From Vicugna vicugna (taxonomy: Eukaryota): a stretch of DNA of 42,605 nt. Location: positions 124,001 to 166,605 of the forward strand of contig MU058134.1 in assembly GCA_013265495.1 (NCBI GenBank), in the 5' to 3' direction. Shown here one piece after another: positions 13,311 to 25,765 of the stretch. The first letter of the stretch is position 1. Each line of letters starts with the position of its first letter. The notes beneath the pieces are model-generated. The model was not told the DNA's origin. It ran no database searches and worked only from the letters and a program-made list of their open reading frames with translations. Made by a program: the position numbers and the translations under genes.

Positions 13311-16300
13311 AATGTCATAATTGTTCAATTCCTGATATCAAAAATGTAGTGATCACAGCTTCATAGCCATGTGTCACTGAAGAAGCCACAAAGCCTCTGA
13401 GTCCTCTCTCATAAAATAAGAATAGGTAAGTAACACTTGTTCAAACTGCTGGCCCATGAGAGTCAAACAAGACAGTTATTATTAACATGCTCTATAATGT
13501 ACAATTCAAGTGGAAGATGTGAAATATTGATATACACATGATTTTACAATAATGCTTATACACACAAAGTGAGCTGAAGAATTGACTCTATCATATGAAA
13601 AAAGTATGTTTCTAAATCATATTTTTAATTATATCAAATCTAAATTGTAATGAAACTGCTTCATTTATTTAATCTTATTTGGAAATGTTTTCACAGTCAT
13701 TTTCAGAATCATAAACATGTTTATATTCCTTATACTAGTAACCTTGACCCTAAAAATTGTTCTAAAAGTGAAATGAGGTGATGTAAGTTTTTTTAGTGAA
13801 AGATGGTGTCATTTATAAAAGTAAAAATTCAGAAATATCTAAAACATTGAATGATAAGATGTTTATGGAAATCAGTCTACTACAAACTAGTAGCAAAATA
13901 TGCTATGAGTAAAACACTAATAATAAAAGGACAAAGATGGTGAGACGTTTTTACAATATATCAAATGAGAAAAACAACAAAAAAATTGTAATAACCCTGC
14001 TCAGACATTTTAATATAATTTTAAAATCAAGAAGGAAACATATAAAAATGGTAGGGAACTTTTTTTTATTTTCAATAGGTATTTTGGTATAATTATAAAA
14101 AATTTAACATTAAAAATCAAGTTTAAAACCGACACCACCATATTTTTCATGATCTGAATATTTACTCAGAAAAAGATGAGGTTTGAGGGTAATTTTCTTA
14201 TCCACCCAAGGCAATTAATTTGCATAGGTGGAACCAACATGCTAACGTAACATAGAATCTAAAAGGGTTTACCTTCTGTAAAGCATCCAGAGGTAGCTGA
14301 GCCATGGGCCCAGCTCCTCCCATCCTCTGTACTCACTCTGATACCAGTTTTCACTTCATATACTTCTACATGAAACAGCTTGTTCTGTTTATACCTCTCA
14401 TTGAAGATCCCATGGTCTTTCCTATCTTGATAGTCATATTCTTTAAATGCTGGAGCTGCACAGGAAATTGCTCAGGTCCCCTCAAACCAGAAACTGTGGG
14501 CTCTGGGCCATGTCTTAGATCTGTGACCCTGGAAATTTTTCCTTCTGACTCTTACCACTACTCACTGTTTCCTTCCCATTTGTTTCAGCAACAACCCTAT
14601 TGCAGCATCGATCATTCTGAAAATGATAGAGAAATTCCTCTTTCAACTTTGAAGTTGATATATTATGTAATATACATAGTAATTGTACTATTACATAGTG
14701 CTATGTAGTATGTTACATAGTAATTATACAGTATTATATGGTAAATATAATATTCAAAATTGTATGAGAAACTAGTAGTACAGTTGTCATTGTAAGCAGT
14801 GTCTTCTTATTATATTTTAACTTTAAATGAATAGATTTAAAGCTCCATTCTAATTACTCTCTGTGATAAGTTCCTTAAATCCTCTGAATTTTTGATCCAG
14901 GATTATTATTTACTTCATGAAAGATTTATTCTGTCTAGCTAAGCACATTCCTTTACTTCATAGTCTGAGAAATATGTTCTCTTCAGATTTCAGACCCTTT
15001 CTTTCCCCTCAATATTGCTCTGCTGATTTATCTAAATGTTTCAACTTTTATTCTCCTACTATTTCTGGAATTTGGAAAAAAGTAATCTTTCTAGCTTTCC
15101 ACCTGCATTCTTCCTGATGGATGCCTGAGCCTTCTTTCCATCTGTTGTCTTAGTGACTTAGCTCATTTTACAAAAGAGACAAGGCCATGACAACTAGCAC
15201 TAAAGCAGTTCAGAACTTCACCCATTTAAATATCTCAAACGATTCTGAAGGAGAATTCAAATGCTATTTATGACATCAAGTGCACGTAGGGAAAATTAAA
15301 TGGGCAAATTTAAAATCAGAAGACTACACTCTGGGACTTGAGTAAGACACTCTTTCTTACCTTTCATGTCCTTCCCTGGGCTATTTTTAGCATTTATTTT
15401 TGGAATATTAAGTGCTATATTGCATATCAATAAGTCTCTAAATGTTAAATAGAACTTGAATTACATTGCTTCTACATTGATATTATTTATATAGCCTGAA
15501 AAAGTCCACTTTTTAACCTAAAACACCAAGATAAAGGACAGTGTTAGAGGATGAATGATAAATGAGAATATATAAAGTAACAAAAAAAAGCTAATGACTA
15601 CCTATGACAAAATGATTCATTTGCTTCATTTCATAGTTATCTGGGTTTAATTTGAAGATGAAAAACTGAAGATAGGTCTAATTTTTAGACTTGAAAAGGT
15701 ACTCCTAGCCCTCCAAAAAATGTTTGCATTCAAATAGCTGCTAATTATTGAGCACTTAAATTGCATCCAGTGTTGTCCAATTAACTCCACATGCATTATC
15801 TTGTTTCCAAATCCTTTGGCCTTGTTAACATATAATCTCAATTAAAAATGAACATTCTGAGGGAAACAAATTTGTATAACTGGCCCATGTGTACACAGTT
15901 ACATGATAGACCCTAGCTTGCCTTAAACCTGGAAGCCTGCATCACGATACCCGTACTTTCAAGTACTACATCCCAATTTAAAGTCCTCTCTGAATATGCA
16001 AAAATGTGAATTATAAATCTCACCATGTTTCTGTTCCTCAAGAATTCTGATAATGACACTCTCTTATTCTCTATAGGAAAGTCCATCCGCTAGCTGGCCA
16101 AACATGAAGTATGGGTCCAAGTCTTACTTCTACAACTAAGAGCGGGAGGAAGGGCAACTCTGGCAGATGAGGTTGAGAATTTTCCCTGCTGCTTCTCAAG
16201 CACTGTCTTCAACATGGTCTCCAGGAAAAAATAAATAAAGAAGCAAAGTTTCCTCCTTGACTTCTAACTGGAATTTAAAGAAATTCCCCAAGAGATCATA

Positions 16301-18559
16301 AACCTGCAGAATTGCCTCTCAGTTCCCTCAGGGCTTGGAAATTTCCCATCATTACATTTTTCCAAGATGCAGTCTGTGGTTTGATGTGTTCAAGTGCTTG
16401 TAAACTTTTTATGCTCCCAATCAATTAGGGATTTTTTCTTTTTTCTTTTTTTACTTCTCCTGGTCTTCTATTTGAAGATTCTTTCATTTACCGTCATATT
16501 CAGAAACAGAAAACTGTAAACTGGGCCTGAATATAGTGCCTTAGCAGAATTGGGGTGAAATGCCTGTGTACATATTAAGTGAAAAAGATGAGTTCTGGGA
16601 TGAGGCACAGCATCAGTCCACAAAGACATGTTCTGTTTGAGGGTGAGAGCAGCAGTCCATGCTTATTAAAGAATAACAATTAAATACATTTTTGCACATA
16701 AAAAATGAAAGGAATTGACATATAAAATAAAGGATAGAAAAGAGACATAATGAACACTAAATAGGCCAAAGAAATCAGCAAAAATTGATCACCACCTTCA
16801 GGACAGGTAGACAGTGGGATCCAAAATGGTTCCCATCATTATCACAAGCATAATTTGGACATGCTCACTCCCATTTGCTACTTCAAAATCTAGATGTGGG
16901 ATAAGGAAGAGAAAAAATAATTACTGAAGTAGTTAAGATAAACATTTAAAAAATTGAACCTGAGGACGTAGAAATGGAGAGGAGAAGAAAGAACTAAAAG
17001 GTATTTAAGAGGCATAGATAGCAGTTTGGGTTCAACATTAATAATAATAAAAAATGTGACTAAAAAGCATATTACAAAAGTTATGGATCAGTGTGAGATA
17101 TTGTGATTATTGTTGGAGATTTAGAATCACAGATAGAGAAGAAGTACTTAGGTATTTGTTTATTGTCCAGTCAGAGCACAGAAAGATACTCCCTTGGGTC
17201 CAAGCATCTCTCTTCCTGTTCAATTCCAGACTCCATCTCTTCTTGTTCTTTTTAGAAACTTAGATTAATGCCTCTGAAGTTCTTTAATACCATATATTTA
17301 ATGGTGTTTTATATCATAACTAATAATGCTACACCATTTATTGATCTGCCCATAAACACTGCCTTCCAATTACTCTCTCAACAATATTTCCTTGTTAGTG
17401 AGCACAAATACAAATCAAAGGACCAGAATCTGAAAGAAAATACGAATGATAATGCATTTCCCAGTCATGTTATATGGACTGTAATTTCATAGAAGAAGTA
17501 TACAATTACTCATCTTCCAACCATGTCTTCCCTTGAACACCTTAAGCCATAATGACTGCCTCCCTAGAAGGTGATATATGTCAGCACTGATGACATCCCT
17601 GCCTCGCAGACACCACCGCCAGCAAGCAGGGCAGATGAAAGACCTGACTGCAAGCGAAGAAAAGCGGTCCCACTCATTCTAATTATACCCCTCCTCACAC
17701 ATGGTTTAGACCCCACGCAGGCGAGCACCGTGCCATTCCATGGAGGCAAGAGAGGACTTTAATCAGAAGGACAAGCTCTCATTATGGAGCAAAAGTTTTA
17801 AAAGCCCTTACAAGAGTAAGGCACAGCCACCTCTGCAGAACTGACTGGCACATGACACAGAGCCTGTGGAAGGGCTGGGGTGACCTTGGGTGTCAGCAGG
17901 AGAGATGCACAGGATATAAGATGCTCACCTGAACTACTATAAATAGTAGCACTGCAGTCAGACCATGGACAGGTGAGAGCTGAGAAGAGCCCAGACTCCT
18001 GGCCCAATCCATGGGTCAGCAGGGGACTGCTTCAAGACCAGATCCTTGAATGTGTCCTGTGTCACCAAAAGTCAGCCTGTAAGCACCATTCTAGTAATCA
18101 GCTTAGTACACTATTATCAAAGAAATAATGTACCAGTTTTTGGAAACCATTTGCTGCTAGACTGCCCTCCTGGAACCAAGGTTCTGGCCACATGGTCAGA
18201 GATAACTTCCTAGGTGCAGAATTCAGTAACTGGGGGGTGTCTGGTGGATGCCAGGGGCAAGATAGAGCATCAAAGAGCATCTAGAGGAGAAAACAGAGAT
18301 GAGGCCTGCCCAGTTTAATCCAGGATAGATTGCCCCACTAGAAGGCAATTCTGAGTCCCAGACATTGGAAGAAAACTTGGAAAAATTTTCAGAATACACT
18401 TCCAGATGTAGAGTTAAAAACAATATCTCTGCTTGTCCTGGTCCAAGGGTGGTTCTATCTAAAATATTGGTTCTTCACAGTTACAAATATGAAGTGAGTT
18501 AGCCATGAGGATGACTGGGAGAAAGCGTACCATGATGGTAGACAGTCTGTATAAAGGAC

Positions 18560-19810
18560 CTACAGCAAGAAGGTAGCTAGCTGGCCAGTAAGAAGACCAG
18601 AATAGTGCCCGGCTAATCAGAGGAGTCAGTGAGGGACTGATCATAAGGGAGGAGTGTAGAGAGAAAAAAGGACAGCCAGATATGTCTGATTTTTACTAAC
18701 TGTAAGGAATTTAGCTTTTACCCTGAGTGACATGGAGAGTGTTTTCAGAATACTGCATGGAAGTATGATAGGATCTGACTTACGTGTCTGAAGGATAATT
18801 CTGAGGCTGTGTTGAGGATAGAGTATTAGAGCAAGAATGCCAAAATAAAAGTAAGAATAGATGTGAGGGAATTGCAATAATTCAGGGGAAATACAATAGT
18901 GGTTTGGAACAAGGTAATAGATCGAAAAGTGATTAGAAGTGATTTAAATTGAAGTGTATATTGAAGATTAAGCCAACAGGATTTCCTGACAGACTGAACG
19001 TGGGATTGAAAAAAAGAGACCGAATGTGCCATCACCTGAGACAGAGAATTTGTGAGTGGAGTAGGTTTGGAGATGAGGGAAGAATCGGGGCACAGATTTC
19101 ATGTATTCAGCTAAGAAATCTATTATGACTATTTAGGAGGAAATAGCATGGATGAAGAAAGAGCATGGGTTTCCTCAACCTCAGGAAAGAAGTCTGAGCT
19201 AGAGGTAACAATCTGGGAATCGTGGTCACGTAAAGCAAATGGGCCAAGGAAGGCTGGGGGAAATGATGCTGATGGAGTCGGTAAGATGAGAAGTGAGAGA
19301 TGACAATTATGTTTCATGACCCAGAGGTCCTTGTTGACATTGAGAAGAGCTTTTTAATAATTGAAGTGTGGCTGAAAGGGTTTAAAGAGAATGGAAGGAC
19401 AGAAATTGGAGACAGGTGTTACAGAATCTCTTGCTACAAAGAGGAGAGAATGGCATGAAGTAGTAGCTGATAAATGAAAAGGAATCAATGGAAGATTTAA
19501 TGTTAAAGATGAACAGAATAATAGATTGCTTCTTTGCTGATGTAAACTGATTCAGTAAAAAGGGAAATGTAGATAAAACAAAAGATATAGAAGCTATTTT
19601 TAGACTAATGTCTTCATGTAAACAAGAAGGAAATGAGATCCAGTGTATAATAAAGATGTTGGTTGCCTTTGGATAGGAGCACATATAATGAACGCATTTT
19701 TAAGAGTAGGTAGGAAGGTAGCATGTAACTGAATGAGTGCTGGAAAACGGTAGATATAACTGGAAAAGTCTGAGGAAGTTCTCTTTGATGGCTTAAATTT
19801 TTCTGAGTGA
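18560..19810 (-). mobile_element. L2 LINE body fragment
   Basis: Purine-rich tracts typical of antisense L2, e.g. gtaaggaatttagcttttaccctgagtga..gatctgacttac..gccaacaggatttcctgacagactg and gaggtccttgttgacattgagaagagc. Confidence 0.65.
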
Positions 19811-20639
19811 AATAGTAAGTTTATTTAATGTCTCCTAATAAGTTGGATGTTGGTGGTAGTTTTTCAGGCCAATATTCTCTTTCAAATTAAAGCACAAACG
19901 TTATTCCTACTTGCAATGTCTTTTTATTATGAATAGTATTGAACTGTTCAATTCTGATACAGAGATCATTTGATTACAGTCTAATATTAACCACAGCAAG
20001 TTCCCCTAAAAAAGCAATAAGACCAATATTTATTTCAACATCAAAGTGTTAAAGAAACAAAGAAAATACAGTCATTGGCTGCCAATATGTTTAATTAGCA
20101 AAGCTACTTCATGTAAAGAAATTAGGCAGACCTTTAAAACACATAAGGGGAGAAATTTGTGAACTCTAATTGACAGATAATAATTTCAGCATGAACAGTC
20201 AGAATGGCTCAACTATGTAATGGAAAATGTAAATTCTGCACATACTTGTGATGCTGGAGAATTACCAAAAAGGTTACAATTATTTAATGTTAGGAATCTC
20301 ATTATGACCCTTCCAGTTCTTTAATTCTTTAATTAAAATAGGAAAAATGATTATCACAAGGTTCTTACAGAGATCAAAGTTTTCACACTGTCAGGGGCTT
20401 TATCTTCTTCTCTGACATGAAGCAGGGTGAAGAATTACAAAATGAACGGAGAAGTTTAATTTTAAGATGCTGTGAGCAGGCAGTAAACATGTTCTATCAC
20501 TGACATGCCAAGAGTTAAATGGAAGCTTTGCAAAGATGCTTGATGCCAAATTGCTGAGCCATCTTTAAGCTCATAAAGGATTTGATATTTAATTATTACT
20601 CTAATCAGAGTTGCTCTGATGCCCAGATACTTTCTGAAC

Positions 20640-21110
20640 CTGAGGGTTAAAAACTGATTCCTTGTGAACCTTTCACATCTCACATTGTGCCACGTTCCCT
20701 CTTGTCCACTGTGCACTGGTCTCCTTGACCTTCTTCGCTTCCAGTTGGTTTCTACCTTGCAGCCTCTGCACAAGCTTTTCTCTATTGCCTGGAACACTCT
20801 TCCCACTGATTGCTTAAGGATGGTTCTATCTCATCTTTCAGGACCTAGTTTAGAAATAACCTCTCAGAGAAGCCTCCTGTTGACCCAACTAGAGCTATCC
20901 AGTCACCCTGCACCACTCCGTTACAGTTTTCTGGAAACCATTTGTCTCTCTCTGACTTTATTTTCATTTCTATATGTGGTCTCCTGCTCTAGAATGTAAG
21001 CCCCAAGTTAAAAGGGATACACTGTCTTATTCATCCCTGTGTATCCCGATCCTAAAAGAGCATCTGACTTCATACAAACTCAGCAAATACTCTTCAGTAA
21101 ATAAATGAAC
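20640..21110 (+). mobile_element. L2 LINE 3' end
   Basis: gcctggaacactcttccc..cctctcagagaagcctcc..ctagaatgtaagcccc..ctcagcaaatact..taaataaatgaa. Confidence 0.75.
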
Positions 21111-21431
21111 CTCATAGTTCTCAAAAATAGCTGGTGATAATTAACATGAAATCCCTATTGTAATACATATTTAGTGTTTAGAAATGTTGTGCTTGTATGA
21201 AATACTGTAACTGATGTTGCCATGATTGTCATCATATGTCATATATGGTTTAAAATAAGAAAACTATAACAGAATGCTAATTTATGCTAAGACATTAGAC
21301 TTCCCATATGCCTAGTTAAGGGAGACAGTTTAAAAAAGCATCAGTGCCTTTCAGTGACAGGCAAAGCAAGATCTGAGAGAAAATAAACATCCTTTGTATT
21401 TAGAGATCCAACTCTAAGTTGTAATAGCAAG

Positions 21432-22014
21432 TGTTACCAGAGAGTAGGTTCTTGTCTCATAGCAGAAAGAATTCAGAGACAAGATGCAAAGGTCAAGAAA
21501 GAAAAGTAAAGATTTATTAAGCAGTAGTAAGCTCTCAAGGGGACAGTGGGCAGACTCAGATAAGTAGCTGGGCTGAGTTTCTTTGGCAAGCTGGTTATAA
21601 GGGGTGTAAAATAAATGGGTGGAATATTCTTTGGGGAGAGAGGAATTTGGGGTGTTATTCCCTAATTTTCATCCCAGGTCCACCTTCCTGAGGAGGAGGG
21701 GGTTTTGTCCTTAGTTAGTCTTAATTGGAAGTGTCATGGCATCAGCACCTGATGGGTACTTCTTATCTGCAAGGCTAATTTTATTGTAATGAGGGCTTAA
21801 TGTGCAAAATGTTACATTCAGATGCCAGAGATTCTCAGCTTTTCCCACCTTTCTTTTTCTACCTCCAAGATACTTATCACCCCAAAACGTATGATTTCTT
21901 AGTCCATTGATTCCCACTTTTCTTTGTCTGGTGAAGCACCCCATTGTTTACAGGATGTATAATATCCTGCCATTTGGCCCTTGCCCCTGTTTCTCTGCTT
22001 ACATTTAGCTATCA
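21432..22014 (-). mobile_element. Probable solo ERV LTR (~580 bp)
   Basis: TGTTA..ATCA termini (TG..CA) and an antisense poly(A) signal (tttatt) at ~21512. The aggttcttgtctc..gaaagaattca opening is typical of antisense ERV1 LTRs. No clear target-site duplication (TSD) found. Confidence 0.6.
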
Positions 22015-22367
22015 TAGTTTAAAAAAATCAAGGCTATAGAATTACTTTTTTCTCATAAAGAATATACATACAGACAGAAGATTTTGAAGTATATTGACTC
22101 CAACATGAGTGATTCTTATTCCGCTTCTCTAAAGGAAGAAAAATGGTAGAGGAGATATTTGGGAGAATTGTCTTCCATATTAAATAGTAAATTACTAATC
22201 TGAGATTGTACTTGCTTTCAAAAGTTTCCAAAAAAGACATTCAGAAGCATGCAAACTAGATAGTTCTAGTTCCTATATTGTTTGTATTATTTTTTCTCTC
22301 CTACTTTTTACCCCCCAAAATTTTGAATTTGCAAATATCAAAAAAAAGCTAAACTACTTTAAAATTT

Positions 22368-22910
22368 ATATTTATTCAATAATATTTATTAAGCACCTAC
22401 TAGGTGACAGGCAATATTCTACCCAAGCAAGAACAAATAAACGTAATTCCTGACCTTACAGGAATTACAACCTTGTGGGGAAAACAGAAAATCAAAGTCA
22501 ATAAATAACTTTTAATTCTAGTTTGGGATTGTTGATATTCAAGATATAACCAGATGAAGAATTAAGAGAATAACTGAGGGGAAAGACTAGAGAAAGTCAT
22601 CAGGAAAGACTTGTCTAAGAAGGTGGGAGTTCAACTGAAAGTGGAAAAAATGAGATTTAGACAGACAAGTGAAACTCTGGAAAAGATCATTCCAGCAGTG
22701 AGCTGAGTAAGAAAAATAAAACCCTGAGCTGAGAAATGCTTAAATTATTTAAAAGATGAGAAAAAAAAAAAAAAGGAGAGAGAAAAAGACTGAGAGAGTG
22801 GCCAGAACCTTGTAAGAAAAGGAATGGGGCACAAGATGTACTGGAGATGTAGGAAGTAACATGATCTTAACCTGACTCACATGATTAAAAGATACCATTG
22901 GCTGCTGAGT
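22368..22910 (-). mobile_element. L2 LINE 3' fragment
   Basis: tttattcaataatatttattaagcacctactaggtgacaggca, followed by L2-like body. Confidence 0.75.
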
Positions 22911-22970
22911 CCTCAAAGGATTGAATGAATGGGGAGGGTAAGAATGCATTGTTTTTATAGAAAAGAATTC

Positions 22971-23636
22971 TTATAAGTTAGTAACTACACAAGGTGCCTT
23001 TGCTTCATCCAGTTTTCTAATGGATTTTTTCATCTCCATGTTCCTTAAGGTGTAGATCAAGGGATTTAACATAGGTGCAACAGTGGTAAAGGTCATAGCC
23101 ATTGCCTTGTCTATGGAGGAAGTGATGACAGGTCTCATGTACAAGAAAATGCACAGCACAGAGAACAAGATGACCACTATGAGGTGGGAGCCACAGGTGG
23201 AGAGAGCTCTACGCCGCCCTTGAGAACTGCAGAACTTCAGGCAGCAGAGGATGACCACATAGAACTTGATGAGGATAAGAAAAATGGCCACACACATCAT
23301 CCCCCTGTTGAGGCTGACCAAGAGGCTCAGGATGTGAGTGTCCATTCAGGCCAGTTTCAACAATGGGAACAAATCACACATAAAGTGGTCTATGATATTG
23401 GGACCAGAGAAGGGTGTTTGATACAGGAAGAGAAACTGCATGGCTGTGTGGATAAATCCCTCTCATGGCCCCTTCCAGCAAAAGGAAGCACACCCAAGGC
23501 CTTATGATAGTCATGTAGTGCAGGGACTTAGAGATGGCCACATAGGGGTCACAGGCCATCACAATGAGAATAACAATCCCCACTCCACCAAAGAAGTGGT
23601 CAACAAAGAGCTGGACCATACAACCTTACAACCTCC
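22971..23636 (-). pseudogene. OR4C6: 5'-truncated olfactory receptor pseudogene, OR4C6-like
   Basis: Reads [20 protein letters not shown], a degenerate [48 protein letters not shown] and [12 protein letters not shown]. Frameshift at ~23460 and TGA at 23346-23348 replacing the Cys of LAC. No TM1/TM2 (PMYFFL) sequence is seen beyond ~23640. Confidence 0.92.
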
Positions 23637-24269
23637 CTAAAGAGGGAGACAGACTAGCACTCTGAAACAAGGCCTGCACAGAACAAGCTCCAGAGGGGAA
23701 ATACCAGTGCGATCTACGGATTTCAGAAAAGAGAACTGAGCTAGTCCTTGACATGAGCATTTAGACAATTATAAATTTAGAAACTGAACAAGAAGGATGA
23801 TAGTATGAGCAAGGCAGGAAGATAAAAGTGGAAAACATGGTGTACATAGTCAAAATTTAAGGACTTTGACATCAGAAAACCTGGGTTTCCATATGGCCCT
23901 TCCAGAGATTTTATTAACTAGAGGTTGTATATTTTCTCTAAACCTCGGTTGCTCTTTTCAGAGTTGTTGCAGTAAACATTTTAAGTTCCTAGCATTATAG
24001 TTTAAATTTTAATATTCAACTTTCAAACATTAAAATGTAATGGAAATGTGAACTTATATTAGTTTACATATTTATTAAGTGGTATAATATCCTGGCATAT
24101 TTTGTGTGTCTCATAAAACTTAGTCACTGTCACCCCTATTAATCCCAGGTATGAGGTGTCTTGAGTAGATGCACTGGCCAGACTGGAGTTCAGTTGGAAA
24201 TAAGTAGTAAGAGCTGTAAACTTGAAGAGACCTATGTAAATTCTTGATTTTTCACATTAGAGTTAGGTT

Positions 24270-24415
24270 TTTGTTCTGAGTACCTATGATATGTCAGACA
24301 ACCTCTCTTGGCATCAGTTTCATCCTCCGTAAAATTGGAAACTAACATCACCCACCCCACATGGTTGTTGTAAAGACTAAATGATTTTGTATATGCAAAG
24401 GGCTTAGATCAGCTT
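24270..24415 (+). mobile_element. MIR SINE fragment
   Basis: aacctctct..catcagtttcatcctccgtaaaattgg..ggttgttgtaaagactaaatga..tatgcaaagggcttaga. Confidence 0.7.
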
Positions 24416-24649
24416 CCTTACTGCTTTTCCCAGCATGAGGAAAATGCTCCTGACCACAAATTATTTCAAAACAGATCACCTGGCTTTGGACCATGAGTTT
24501 ACATCTGTATCTATTAAATGCTCCGTTTTGCCAGCAGGATATCAGCCTAATGACTCCTCAACACTTGGTAGCATGTAGGTTTTTGAATTGACTCTCAAAG
24601 AAAAACCTTCCAAAATTGTTTCTAAAACACAGTTCTAACCAAAATAATT

Positions 24650-25330
24650 TATTTTTATAAACTGTTAAAGTAAAACATGGCCCAAGGAAAGTAGTTTATG
24701 TAGGTAGATAGAGTGACAAAAATTTAAAGTAAAAAATCCTCTCCCAACCGTAAGCGCTCATTCTCTTTCGATGCTTTATTAACATCTTAGTAAATTCTCC
24801 TTAGAGGTGCATTTGTATGTAGGTATATATGTAGTCATGTATGTGTTTTACTCTGTAAAAGGTCTTAAAAATATAATAATACATTTGAAATTCTAATTAC
24901 ATTTTGTATGGGCACTATTTGTCAATGTTTATTTTCCTTCATTTTGATTGCTACATCTTATTCCATATCATGGTTATAACATAATTCCTTTAACAAGTCC
25001 ATTTTTGCTTGAACTTTAGTTTATTTCTAATGTTTTGCCTTATACACAGGGCTACAATGAGCATCACTTACAGAAATCACTACCAGCTGGGTTGAACACT
25101 TGGAGAAATCTATGTCAACACCAAGTCAAAAAATACGCATATGTTTAAATTTGATAGATTCTATAACACTGCTCTCAAAATACTGAAGTATCTTTTGTTC
25201 GCATAAATAGTATATTAAAGAGTAATTTTCCCCACAGCCTTACCAGCAGTACATATTATCAGACTTTGATATATTAAGAAAAGAAGATGAGGTGAAAAAT
25301 GGTTTCATTTTTGTTTGCACTCATTCAATC
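24650..25330 (-). mobile_element. Highly diverged L1M fragment
   Basis: Antisense L1-like motifs: tttagtttatttctaatgttttgc..gctacaatgagcatc and tttcccacagccttaccagca..ggtgaaaaatggtttcatttttgtttgca. Confidence 0.5.
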
Positions 25331-25474
25331 ATACATCGATGGATTTTCATTGATTACATAAACAATGAATATTGGTCTCCAGATAAAATTATACTAACTG
25401 CGATGTAATGTGGGGCCCGGGCCGCGGGCGGCGGAGCGCGGAGGCGAGGCCGTGCTCGGCGTGGCTGGAGGGCG

Positions 25475-25509
<35 letters not shown>
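25475..25509 (+). repeat. (GGC)n trinucleotide repeat, at least 11 units, running into the gap
   Basis: Perfect ggc tandem run up to the first N. Confidence 0.95.
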
Positions 25510-25552
25510 NNNNNNNNNNNNNNNNNNNNNNNNNNNNNNNNNNNNNNNNNNN
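25510..25552. other. Assembly gap (43 N)
   Basis: Run of N characters. Confidence 1.
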
Positions 25553-25765
25553 CCGGCCTGTGCGCGCGGAGCCGGGCTCCCGTCCGCCGGCTCGGAAGCC
25601 GGGGGCTCGGGGGCCCCGGGCCTGAAGCGCCGCCTCTCGGCTCTGCTAGCAGGTCCGGGGAGCGCAGCCCTCGCTCCGCCGCCGCCCGCCCCAGGCCCCG
25701 GAGCGCGGCGGAGGAGCCCCTCAAAGAGCCAGGGGCCCGCGCCCGGCGCCCCGCGCCCCCTAGAC

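Noticed and set aside
14655..14755. Short AT-rich repeats and palindrome (tacatag..ctatgta)
   Set aside because: Low-complexity decayed simple repeat with no regular repeat-spacer organisation.
21628..21641. ttctttggggagag, reminiscent of the refilin FFGES motif
   Set aside because: Lies inside a probable LTR upstream of exon 1 with no flanking similarity, so a chance match. No RFLNA exon 2 or 3 was recognised in the window.
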